Shown in pieces: positions 30,662 through 39,323 of a stretch of 64,000 bases of DNA. A program made the translations under genes and the position numbers. Position 1 is the first letter of the stretch. Each line of letters begins with the position of its first letter. Source of the stretch: Nannocystales bacterium (lineage in GTDB: Bacteria; Myxococcota_A; Polyangia; Nannocystales; Nannocystaceae). The notes under the pieces were generated by a model. The model saw nothing but the letters and a program-made list of their open reading frames with translations, made no database searches and had not been told where the DNA came from. The stretch is taken from NCBI GenBank assembly GCA_050633305.1, contig JBOEGF010000018.1:480001-544000 (forward strand), read 5' to 3'.

Positions 30662-32428
30662 ATGAACGGTGTGCGGGTACGTCGAGCATTGGCATGGGCT
30701 TTCACCGGCTTGGCGCTGGTGGGGTGTCAGGATGCGAGCGGAGGTTCGTCCGACACGGACACCGGCGGTGCGAGCACGGAGGCGATGACCGATTCGCTGA
30801 CCTCGGGTGTGACCGAGCCGTCCAGTGGCACGACGATGTCGAGCTCGGGGACCACGGACGACACCGAGTCTGCCGACTCCGGTAGCGACGGAACGACGAC
30901 GGGGGACGAAGCCTGCGAGACGCCGCTCGAGTGCGCCGCCGCGGCAGAGGATGATGCCGGCTCCACCCTGGAGGAGATTCGGGGAGACGCGGCAGCCGTG
31001 GAAGAATTCCTCGTTGCGATGCCCTTGGGCGGCGACCTTCACCACCACCTCTCGGGTTCGGTCTACGCCGAGACCTACCTTGGGTGGGCTGCCGCGGACG
31101 GTGACTTCTGCATTGCGGAGAGCGGGTTGGCCCTCTCACTTTCCTGCGGCGACGGCAATGATGTCCCGATCCCGTCCGGGAAGCGCGACTTGTATCTCGA
31201 CGTCGTCCGGGCGTGGTCGATGCTCGACTTTGTGCCTTCGCCGAGCGAGAGCGGGGCAGACCACTTCTTCTCGACGTTCTCGAAGTTCGGCGCAATCTCG
31301 GGTTCGCAGCACGGTCGGATGCTTGCCGATGTCCGTCGTCGGGCCGCCGCCGAGAACCTTCTATACATCGAGCCGATGCTGACCTCGAACTCGACGGCGC
31401 GCAGCCTCGGCCAAGACGTGTGGGCCGGCTTGGGCGGAGGCTCGGTGACCACGGCCGACTACGCTTCGTTCCACGCAGCGTTGTTGGCCGATTCAGGATT
31501 CCCCGCTGCACGAGCGCGGCTGACCGACGACGCGGAGAACAGCGAGAACATCGCCAACGCCGAGCAAAACTGCGGTACCGCAGACGCTGCGCCGGGTTGT
31601 GCTGTTCGCACGCGGTACCAGGCGTATATCTCTCGTAGCGGAACGGACTCGGGTGTCTTTGCCCAGATGGTTGCGGCGTACGAAGCCGCCATCGTCGAGC
31701 CGCGCATCGTGGGTCTCAACCTCGTCGGTCCTGAAGACGGTTCGACGGCCATGAGCAACTACGATGACCAGATGGATATGCTCGGCTACCTCGGCGACTA
31801 CTACGCCGACAGCAGCCCGCTCCGCCTCTCGTTGCACGCTGGCGAGATCACTGCGGCGTCGGTACCCGATGGCTACCAGCTCGACGAGACGGACCACATC
31901 CGCAAGGCGGTTGAGATCGCGGGCACGCGCCGGGTCGGACACGGCGTCGACGTGAACTTCGAGAGCGACGCGGACGGCTTGTTCGACTTGCTGCGCGACC
32001 GAGGAATCCTCGTGGAGATCTGTTTCGCCAGCAACGACATCATCCTCGAGGTCACGGGTCCGACGCACCCGGTACACGACTACTTGGAGCGGGGCGTGCC
32101 GGTCGCGTTGGCGACGGATGACCAAGGCGTCGCGCGGTCCAGTCTCGCCGCGGAGTTCGTCCGCGGGGTGATGGACCAAGACCTGAGCTACCTGGAACTC
32201 AAGCAAATGGTCCGCGCCAGCATCGAGTACAGCTTCCTTCCCGGCGACAGCTTCTGGGCCGACGTGTCGACCGGAACCGTCGTGGACGCGTGCACACCCG
32301 CCGAAGGGGACACCCCCGTGACCGAGTCACCATCGGCCGAGTGCCAGAGTTTCCTCGAGGGCAGCGAGCGCGCTCAGTTGCAACGCCTGCTCGAGTCGCA
32401 GCTCGAGACCTTTGAAGCTGGATTCTAG
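30662..32428 (+). CDS. Adenosine deaminase-family lipoprotein
   Basis: Lipobox LVGC, S/T/D linker; DLHHHLSGS, LHAGE, RVGHG, ATDD. Confidence 0.88.
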   Translation: MNGVRVRRALAWAFTGLALVGCQDASGGSSDTDTGGASTEAMTDSLTSGVTEPSSGTTMSSSGTTDDTESADSGSDGTTTGDEACETPLECAAAAEDDAGSTLEEIRGDAAAVEEFLVAMPLGGDLHHHLSGSVYAETYLGWAAADGDFCIAESGLALSLSCGDGNDVPIPSGKRDLYLDVVRAWSMLDFVPSPSESGADHFFSTFSKFGAISGSQHGRMLADVRRRAAAENLLYIEPMLTSNSTARSLGQDVWAGLGGGSVTTADYASFHAALLADSGFPAARARLTDDAENSENIANAEQNCGTADAAPGCAVRTRYQAYISRSGTDSGVFAQMVAAYEAAIVEPRIVGLNLVGPEDGSTAMSNYDDQMDMLGYLGDYYADSSPLRLSLHAGEITAASVPDGYQLDETDHIRKAVEIAGTRRVGHGVDVNFESDADGLFDLLRDRGILVEICFASNDIILEVTGPTHPVHDYLERGVPVALATDDQGVARSSLAAEFVRGVMDQDLSYLELKQMVRASIEYSFLPGDSFWADVSTGTVVDACTPAEGDTPVTESPSAECQSFLEGSERAQLQRLLESQLETFEAGF

Positions 32429-32567
32429 CCCGCCCGGTCTTTCCCTCCGCAGACTCGGCGAGGCCTCAGGGCGGCTCCGAGACCCGGCGAGGCAAAGCCC
32501 GAACTTGGAAGGGGGAGCTGCGGGAGCTGGGCTCCCGCAGCGGGGGAAACCGAGAGGTTTCCCCTAG
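32425..32567. repeat. Palindromic REP/MITE-like intergenic element
   Basis: Perfect stems GCTGCGGGAGC/GCTCCCGCAGC (32517-32541) and GGGGAAACC-GAGA-GGTTTCCCC (32543-32564); 13/14 direct repeat AGACYCGGCGAGGC (32451, 32480); CTAG at both ends. Confidence 0.5.
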
Positions 32568-32575
32568 AGAAAACC

Positions 32576-33511
32576 TCAGTACTCGGGGTCTCGTTGTCTG
32601 TCGGCGGAGACGCGCGAGCCCTGTTTGATGAACTTGAGTGAGGGCTTGTCGAGCATGACGGTCGTGCCTGCCTCGACGGAGTGGGTCAGCCAGACGTTTC
32701 CGCCGATCGTTGAGCCCGCACCGATCACAGTGTCTCCGCCGAGGATGGTCGCGCCTGCGTAGATCGTCACGTCATCTTCGAGCTTGGGGTGCCGGCGTTC
32801 TGCCGAGCGCGCGTTGCCGTTGCGGACGGAGAGCGCGCCGAGGGTCACGCCCTGGTACAGCTTCACGCGGACGCCGATCTCCGAGGTCTCCCCGATGACC
32901 ACCCCGGTGCCGTGGTCGATGAAGAAGCTCTCTCCGATCGTCGCACCTGGATGGATGTCGATCCCGGTGCGGCTGTGCACCTGCTCGGACATCATGCGCG
33001 GGATCAGCGGGACCTCGAGCCGAGACAGGGTGTTTGCGATGCGGTGGACGGCGATCGCTTCGACGCCGGGATAGGACGTGATGATCTCCGGAGCACTGCA
33101 GGCCGCGGGATCGCCGACGAGTGCGGCCTGAACGTCCGTGTCCAGCACTGCGCGGATCGCAGGGATCGCTCGCACCATCTCGATGGCGCACGTGTGGGCG
33201 CGCTTTTGGTGGTCTGCGTCGGGCGACCCGGATCGTGCGCGCAAGGCCTGTCCGACAGCGAGTTCGAGGCTTCTCAGGGTGCGAGCGCATCGCTCCCCGA
33301 CGAAGTAACGGCACGTCAGCGCATCGACATGTTGCCGGACGAAGTATCCGGGGAACACGATCGAGATCAGGTCATCGAGCAGCGTCGCCACCTCGGCCCG
33401 CGACGGAAGGTTGAGTCCGTCCAGGTGGTTGATGTTTCCGTGCTCTGCGTACGAGTCGACGATGTCGTCGATGGCATTCGCCAAGACGCGCTCGTCGTGG
33501 TTGCCGGGCAT
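32576..33511 (-). CDS. cysE: Serine O-acetyltransferase (CysE/EpsC type)
   Basis: GDPAA, YPG..AIAVHRIA, TGIDIHPGATIG..FFIDHGTGVVIGET, YQGVTLG, RHP. Confidence 0.93.
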   Translation of the reverse strand: MPGNHDERVLANAIDDIVDSYAEHGNINHLDGLNLPSRAEVATLLDDLISIVFPGYFVRQHVDALTCRYFVGERCARTLRSLELAVGQALRARSGSPDADHQKRAHTCAIEMVRAIPAIRAVLDTDVQAALVGDPAACSAPEIITSYPGVEAIAVHRIANTLSRLEVPLIPRMMSEQVHSRTGIDIHPGATIGESFFIDHGTGVVIGETSEIGVRVKLYQGVTLGALSVRNGNARSAERRHPKLEDDVTIYAGATILGGDTVIGAGSTIGGNVWLTHSVEAGTTVMLDKPSLKFIKQGSRVSADRQRDPEY

Positions 33512-33668
33512 GGGCGGACGATAGCAGCGGCTCGTCACATGGTCAGCAGTCGCTCGCTCGCGACCCAATCTTGGATCGGTACGAGTGCCCCCGATAGACT
33601 GGGCGCCTCACCGGTTGGTGACGGAGCGACTCTTGGCCTCGCCTTCAGATTGTCTCACTCAAGTTCGT

Positions 33669-33896
33669 ATGGACGACGACCTGCATCGTCTCGTGTCCCA
33701 ATCCCTCATGGCCCATGGGGAAGAACTTCCTGCTCCCCAACTCGCCGCCTACCTGTCGGGGTGGTCCAGTGCGCTCGATCTCGTTCGGCGCACGGACCTC
33801 ACCATGCCAACAGCTTCGGCGGAGCTTCACCGCTCGATGGCGGCCGTCGTCGCGGCGCTCGACGCGGCAGCACGTTCTGTGCTCGAGGAAGACTGA
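33669..33896 (+). CDS. Small hypothetical protein
   Basis: 75-aa helical ORF filling the gap between cysE and the Fis-like gene. Confidence 0.55.
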   Translation: MDDDLHRLVSQSLMAHGEELPAPQLAAYLSGWSSALDLVRRTDLTMPTASAELHRSMAAVVAALDAAARSVLEED

Positions 33897-33927
33897 GGCG
33901 CCGAATCCACCGAGCTCTGCCGAGCCT

Positions 33928-34167
33928 CTAGGGCGTCTCGGGGCGAATCGAGACCGGTGCCTCCATCGGAGGCGACACGCGTGGCTGGCGCTCTGGAGCG
34001 CGCGGTGGCCACTCGATCTGGTGCTTGATCATCCGACGCTTGAGCGCATGTCGCGTGATCCCGAGAAGCTGCGCGGCCTCCACAATGCTGCCCGCTTTCT
34101 GAAGGGCGGTTTGGCACAACGTGCGCTCGGCTTTGCGGAGATTTAGGTCTTCCAAGAGGATCGGCAT
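33928..34167 (-). CDS. Stand-alone Fis-family HTH protein
   Basis: LRKAERTLCQTALQKAGSIVEAAQLLGITRHALKRRM (HTH_8 pattern). Confidence 0.85.
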   Translation of the reverse strand: MPILLEDLNLRKAERTLCQTALQKAGSIVEAAQLLGITRHALKRRMIKHQIEWPPRAPERQPRVSPPMEAPVSIRPETP

Positions 34168-34609
34168 GTCCTGAGGATATGTGAAAAGTCGCTAGTGGGA
34201 AAGCCATTTCTAGTAATGTCTCATACTGATACGATTGTTCGTGACGCTGTCGGCGCGAGTCGGTGGATATCGGCGCCCGGATCACGTGGCGGTCGAAAAC
34301 GTCCACAGAGGGGCGAAGATGCGCCGATCAGCCAACGGGCTGGTGTCTCAATGCGCGACAGTGAACGCCTATGCTCGCTTCGGAACACCATTCGGACCTC
34401 GATGTACGGAATCGCGCATTGGTGAATCCACTATTGTATGCAGCGTCCGGCAGCCGCGACAACCGGCCACCGGCATCAGGGTTTTTCCGTAGAATCAGGC
34501 AGCCGGCAGCTGGGGGCGTACACCCCCATGCCGTCAGAGCTGCTTGGTTCTTCGGAGATCCGAGGTTCGCCCTTACCATGGCGAACCCGTGCCGGATGAC
34601 GGTATCGCA

Positions 34610-36004
34610 GTGAAGAACGCGGCCCTACGTGTCCTCCTCGTCGACGACGATGCTTCTCGGAGCGCCGGCGTACAGCGTTCGATGGAAGCTGCCGGCTTTG
34701 AGGTCGGTCGAGCACGTCGAGACGCGGAGGCGTTCGATCGTCTTCGTAGCGAGACGTTCGACGCCGTGGTCTGCGAGACGCGGGCGGCTGGCGGCTTGGC
34801 CGAGCGTGTCGTCGAGTGGATCGGACGCTGCTCTCCGTCGATGCGAATCGTTGTGCTTGGTAACGAGGCCAACGTTGCCAGGCGCTTTGAATCGCTAGGG
34901 GTGCGCTCGGTCGCAAACCCCGACGACCACGAAACGCTGACCGACACGTTGCGCGGACTTGGGGTCCGACGTGGCTTCTTCGGAAACTCGATCGAAGTCG
35001 AGTTGTTCGACTACGTGCAGATGGTCGCGTTGACCGGGCGCGACAAGTTGGTCGAAGTCTCCACGCCCCGCGGCCTCGGCCGCATCTGGTTTGAGCATGG
35101 CGACATCGTGCACGCCGAGTTTGGCCAGTTCCGTGGAGAGCTTGCGTTCTACAAGATGTTGGCAGCAGGTCGAGGCCTGTTCCGCGAGGCGCTACTCAGT
35201 GCGCCGCCCAAGCGAACCATCGTTCGTTCGAGCACCCATCTCTTGATGGAGGCGGCACGGCAGACCGACGAAGGCACACTCGGACAGGGCGGTGCACCAG
35301 AGGAGGACGAAGAGGTCTCCTTCGGCGAGCTTATGGAGGAAGCGGAAACCGGGGAGCACGTGTCGCCAAGCGTCGCACCCGAGACGCTTGCCGCCGGCCC
35401 GAGCGGGCCCCATCCGCCCGTCATCTCCGACGCCGAGGCGAGCGGAGCGATGCTCGCAGCGGCGGCCCGGCCACCAGCCGGCGACGACGACTTCGTCGCT
35501 TTGGTGAGCGATGCGATTCAGCTCGAGGGACTGGAGTCACAGCCTGACTTGGGGCCCGCGGACTCGATGATGGGGTCGATCAGCGAGGTCGACGCAGCCG
35601 TCGGACGAGCGACGAAGCCCACCATCGCGGAAGAGTCTCAGAGCGCGATGGCTTCGGGCCATGCGGTGTTCGAGGATCCGGAGACGCGCACCGCGATGCT
35701 CGACCAGTTCTGGCAGTTCGAGGGGATCAACGGCGTTGCGATCATCTCGTCGACAGGAAAGGTGCTCGCGGAGGACATGCGAAACAACTCCTCCCTGGTG
35801 ACGCTGGCCGGGTTCTACATGCGCGGCGCGGCTCGAATCGCGCGAACGCTCGGGTACAACGTCTTCGACGGGATCGTGGCGCGTTCCGTTCAGGGTCAAC
35901 AAATGGTCATGGTCAGCATGGGCGCAGCGTCGGCGGTTCTTTCTGTTGAGCCGGGTGCCGACCCGGAGGCGGTTCGAGATGCTGTGATGGGGGTCGACTC
36001 GTGA
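34610..36004 (+). CDS. Pseudo-receiver + DUF4388 (PatA-N) + C-terminal Roadblock/LC7 protein
   Basis: VLLVDDD...FDAVVCE (Glu at the phospho-Asp position); ELFDYVQM..GRIWFEHGDIVHA..LLMEAAR (DUF4388); EGINGVAIISSTGKVLA (Roadblock). Confidence 0.8.
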   Translation: MKNAALRVLLVDDDASRSAGVQRSMEAAGFEVGRARRDAEAFDRLRSETFDAVVCETRAAGGLAERVVEWIGRCSPSMRIVVLGNEANVARRFESLGVRSVANPDDHETLTDTLRGLGVRRGFFGNSIEVELFDYVQMVALTGRDKLVEVSTPRGLGRIWFEHGDIVHAEFGQFRGELAFYKMLAAGRGLFREALLSAPPKRTIVRSSTHLLMEAARQTDEGTLGQGGAPEEDEEVSFGELMEEAETGEHVSPSVAPETLAAGPSGPHPPVISDAEASGAMLAAAARPPAGDDDFVALVSDAIQLEGLESQPDLGPADSMMGSISEVDAAVGRATKPTIAEESQSAMASGHAVFEDPETRTAMLDQFWQFEGINGVAIISSTGKVLAEDMRNNSSLVTLAGFYMRGAARIARTLGYNVFDGIVARSVQGQQMVMVSMGAASAVLSVEPGADPEAVRDAVMGVDS

Positions 36005-36675
36005 TCGATGCAAGAGAACAGCTGCTTGAACTGCTCGAGGAACTCGGCGCAGTCCCCGGAGTGCGCGCGGCTCTGATCGCGACTTCGGAAGGTGCGGTCG
36101 CGACCAGTGGAGAGGCCTCGATGCCCGCGGAGACCGCGAACGACGTGGCGAAGACCATCCGCCGTATGACGGTGGCCTCGGCCACGGTGGGCGTGCCGCT
36201 CAAAGACTTGCTGATCAACTTCGGTCCCGCCCGAATGATGGTCGTTCCGGTCACCGAGGATGCGACTGTCGTCAGTCTGCTCGAGCGGGATACCGCCGTC
36301 ACCCCGGTGCGGCGTGTTCTGGGGATGCAACTCGACGCGCTTCGTTCGCTCCTGGCTGGTGAGGAGGACGACATCGATGTTGATGTTGTCGACGAGGCCG
36401 AAGAGGAGGTCGAGCGAATCCTGCGCGGAGAGCTCGGTCCCGTTCTGCAGCGGATTCGTGCGCAGTTCCGAGACTTCGCAGTTCAAGCCGGCCACGGGGC
36501 GGAGCAGACCGAGACGATGATGCGCGAACAGCTGCGCGAGTGGCTGCTGTGTTGCAACCCGTCGACGTACACGTTTCCGCTGCTCGTCGACGGCCTTGGT
36601 CAGCTTCTCAACGATGCCCCCGCGGCGCGCTCGGCCTTCATGGAGAAGGTCCAGGTGACCATCCGCTCGGGCTGA
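36001..36675 (+). CDS. Roadblock/LC7 (MglB-like) domain protein with helical C-terminal extension
   Basis: LEELGAVPGVRAALIATSEG...LKDLLINFGPARMMVVPV; GTGA overlap with the upstream gene. Confidence 0.8.
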   Translation: MIDAREQLLELLEELGAVPGVRAALIATSEGAVATSGEASMPAETANDVAKTIRRMTVASATVGVPLKDLLINFGPARMMVVPVTEDATVVSLLERDTAVTPVRRVLGMQLDALRSLLAGEEDDIDVDVVDEAEEEVERILRGELGPVLQRIRAQFRDFAVQAGHGAEQTETMMREQLREWLLCCNPSTYTFPLLVDGLGQLLNDAPAARSAFMEKVQVTIRSG

Positions 36676-36763
36676 GTTGAAGCTGTCCACCTGGGGGACC
36701 GGAGTCGACGCAACAACGCCGCGCACCCTCGATGGTTGCGCGGCGTTTCCGTTTTCCCGGCCT

Positions 36764-38338
36764 CTACTGCCGACGGGCGGCGACGTGGCAGACGCCGTCT
36801 GTCGAGCGACCCACGCTTCGGATCGTGCGCTCCTGCCCCGCGGAGATGCGCTCCCCGGCCAGCTCGGTGTGGACCATGCGAATCATGATGTTACGCAGGC
36901 TCTGAACCTCGTAGCAGGGGATGTGGGGCTCGGCGTGACCGTTGCCCACGCCCGAGTCGTCGGTCAGGAAGACGTACTGCCCACCGGTTCCGGCTGCCGC
37001 GGCGCGCATGACGATCTCCGCTTCGGAAGCGACGCCGCTCGCTGCGACCGGGTAGAAGGCTGCGCCCATCGAGCGCAGGTCATCGACGGCGTCCATTGTG
37101 CGACGCATTTGTTCGGCGTGTGGGGGTGCATCGGCGACGAGGAAGACGATCTTCGCAGAGTCCCGCGACCACGAGAGGTCGGTGGCGTCCTCGAGGCCGG
37201 CGTCCATCGCCTCGGGGTAGTCGCCACCTCCGTTCGCACTCTGTCGTGCGAGGTGGCTCTCGAACCGGGACAGGTTCTCGGTGAAGTCGAAGGATCGGCT
37301 GACGAATGCGTCTCCATCGTCGCGGTACACGACCAGAGCGAAGCGCTGGTCCACGCGGGGGAAGGAGCGCTCGATGGTCCGAGCGATGTTGCGCAGCTCC
37401 ACCTTCAGGTAGTCGATTTCGTCGCCCATGCTGCCGGTCGCGTCGATGACGAGTGCGATGTCGACCGCGTTGACCGAGCTCGATTGCACATCGCGCATGG
37501 TGATGGTGTTGATGGTGCCCTCCCGAACGGGGACCGACATGCGCTCACGGCCATGCTGGATGGTGGCCTCGATCTTCCCTCGTCGACGGTTTTCGGGGGG
37601 GAGGTCCCAGCCCGCGAAGAACACCGCGCGTCCGTCGGTTCCGGTGGGGACCCGCGCGCCGCGTTGGTCGGTGTTGAGGCGGACGTCCGCGTCCCGAATC
37701 GGGCGACCTCTCGAGTCCACGACCCGGACGATGGTCATGGCTCCGGTGACACGCTCGGCGACGTCGCGAGTGTCGCGCTGTTGCGCCATGCGGTTGGCGA
37801 AGGTTGTCAGGACGTCGGGGTTCAGGGTGTCATCGAAGGCTCCCGCGGTGAGGCGCCCTGCTTGAATGTTGCGGTTGAACTCGGGTTCGGGTTCCGGCCG
37901 TCGTCGTCGTCGGTCCTTCTTCCCGGACTTCTTCTTCAACGGCGCACGCTCTGCTTTCCGTCGGTCTCGGCTGCGGCTCCGTGCGACCCGGGACTCGCGT
38001 TCGGACTTGTCCGCAGATGCGCCCGCGACGGCTGGAGAGGGAGAGGGACTGGTGGAGTCGAGAGCGGGAGAGTCGTCGGCGTCGCCGAAGGCCTCAGCCG
38101 GGGGAGATGCTGGAGCGGCGGCGGTTTCTCCATCGCCTCCCTCGTACGCGTAGCCCGCATCGTCCTCCGACGCGCTGCTGGTGGGCTCCGGGGCGTAGGC
38201 GCCGGGGGACTCTTCCGCGGCCATTGAGAACGACTCGGCTCCGTCGGCCCGGCTCATCTCGACCGACCGGGCTGAGCCCTTGTTCGAGGCGCATGCGGCG
38301 AGAGAGGCGAGAGCGAGCAGGGTCGAGAAGCGCTTCAT
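36764..38338 (-). CDS. vWA-domain lipoprotein
   Basis: Lipobox LAAC; MIDAS DATGSMG, VVYRD, GGGDYPEA, ADAPPH. Confidence 0.88.
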   Translation of the reverse strand: MKRFSTLLALASLAACASNKGSARSVEMSRADGAESFSMAAEESPGAYAPEPTSSASEDDAGYAYEGGDGETAAAPASPPAEAFGDADDSPALDSTSPSPSPAVAGASADKSERESRVARSRSRDRRKAERAPLKKKSGKKDRRRRRPEPEPEFNRNIQAGRLTAGAFDDTLNPDVLTTFANRMAQQRDTRDVAERVTGAMTIVRVVDSRGRPIRDADVRLNTDQRGARVPTGTDGRAVFFAGWDLPPENRRRGKIEATIQHGRERMSVPVREGTINTITMRDVQSSSVNAVDIALVIDATGSMGDEIDYLKVELRNIARTIERSFPRVDQRFALVVYRDDGDAFVSRSFDFTENLSRFESHLARQSANGGGDYPEAMDAGLEDATDLSWSRDSAKIVFLVADAPPHAEQMRRTMDAVDDLRSMGAAFYPVAASGVASEAEIVMRAAAAGTGGQYVFLTDDSGVGNGHAEPHIPCYEVQSLRNIMIRMVHTELAGERISAGQERTIRSVGRSTDGVCHVAARRQ

Positions 38339-38461
38339 GCCACCCCGAACGCCCGACCCCCGGGCTCGGCTTACAGAGCGGGTCGAGTTTTTTCTCCGGG
38401 CCGGGAATCATCCAGATTTGGCCTCAAAACTACCCGCGATACGAAATCGAACAGATCGTCC

Positions 38462-38490
38462 TTGACGGCCTGCGGTCGATCGCGTAAATC
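38462..38490 (+). promoter_or_regulatory. Sigma70-type promoter of tRNA-Phe
   Basis: TTGACG (38462-67), 17-bp spacer, TAAATC (38485-90), 19 bp upstream of the tRNA. Confidence 0.6.
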
Positions 38491-38509
38491 GACGGCCCAA
38501 CCGCGACCT

Positions 38510-38582
38510 GCCCAGGTAGCTCAGTTGGTAGAGCACTGGACTGAAAATCCGGGTGTCCGTGGTTCAAATCCGCGCCTGGGCA
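38510..38582 (+). tRNA. tRNA-Phe(GAA), CCA not encoded
   Basis: Cloverleaf GCCCAGG/CCTGGGC, D-arm GCTC/GAGC, anticodon loop CTGAAAA, T-loop TTCAAAT. Confidence 0.97.
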
Positions 38583-38592
38583 CTGAAACCCG
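38538..38592 (+). repeat. attL direct repeat (tRNA-Phe 3' half)
   Basis: 55 bp identical to 43423-43477; similarity continues through the terminator. Confidence 0.95.
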
Positions 38593-38617
38593 CCTCGATG
38601 AGGCGGGTTTTTCTTTT
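38586..38617 (+). terminator. Intrinsic terminator after tRNA-Phe
   Basis: AAACCCGCCTC-GAT-GAGGCGGGTTT followed by a T-rich run. Confidence 0.85.
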
Positions 38618-38657
38618 GGTTGGGTTGGCCAGGAAGCAGATGGGTCGCACCCAGCGG

Positions 38658-39323
38658 CTACAGGTCTCGGAGTTGTTCGATGGCGCTGCACGTCGCCTCA
38701 GCTTCGGAGCAGGCCTTTCGGACTTTCGAAAGCTTGGCTCCCACTTGTTGGCCGAACGCTTGGTAGCGATGGAGCTCCTTCCAAGGCTTGCCGTCTGAGG
38801 GGCTCAGCCGGAGACGGTCCTTGTTTACCAAGAAGCCAGCGGGATCCTCGACCGACTCTACTCGCCGTTCTCGCGGGAAGAGAGCGGCAATCACCCAGTT
38901 CTCGATGGCCATGACTGGGGTCGAGAGCACCACGCGTGGTGGGATCTTCTTGCGCTGAGCTGTCCGGCACCAGGAGCGTATCTTGTTCTTCAACCGGGTC
39001 GTCTCGTAGGCACCCACGTCTTGCGGCGGGTTCGCGATTTTGGCTTGCACGGCGATGTCGACGTCGATCGCAATGATCAGCACGCAGAGAGGGTCACCGA
39101 TGTCGCTCTCGATGACGTCGTCGAGTTCTCCGGCGTGGTCTTCGCACCACCGTCGGACTTCGCTCCAACCCGCCGGGTTCGAGGCCTTCTGAGTCGCATC
39201 GAGTTGAGGTTGCAGGCAGAGCACGTCATCGATCTCTGGCCACAGCGATTCAACGATCGCGCGGAGCACGGGAAAGTCGGTGTGTCCCTCGCACACGACG
39301 CCTGCGACAAGCGGCTCAGACAC
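38658..39323 (-). CDS. TOPRIM-fold putative nuclease (DUF4276/RloB/AriB-like)
   Basis: VVCEGHTD (E..D), IIAIDVD (DxD), PVMAIENWV (ExW); GTG start overlaps the ATPase stop by 8 nt with GGAGG upstream. Confidence 0.75.
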   Translation of the reverse strand: MSEPLVAGVVCEGHTDFPVLRAIVESLWPEIDDVLCLQPQLDATQKASNPAGWSEVRRWCEDHAGELDDVIESDIGDPLCVLIIAIDVDIAVQAKIANPPQDVGAYETTRLKNKIRSWCRTAQRKKIPPRVVLSTPVMAIENWVIAALFPRERRVESVEDPAGFLVNKDRLRLSPSDGKPWKELHRYQAFGQQVGAKLSKVRKACSEAEATCSAIEQLRDL

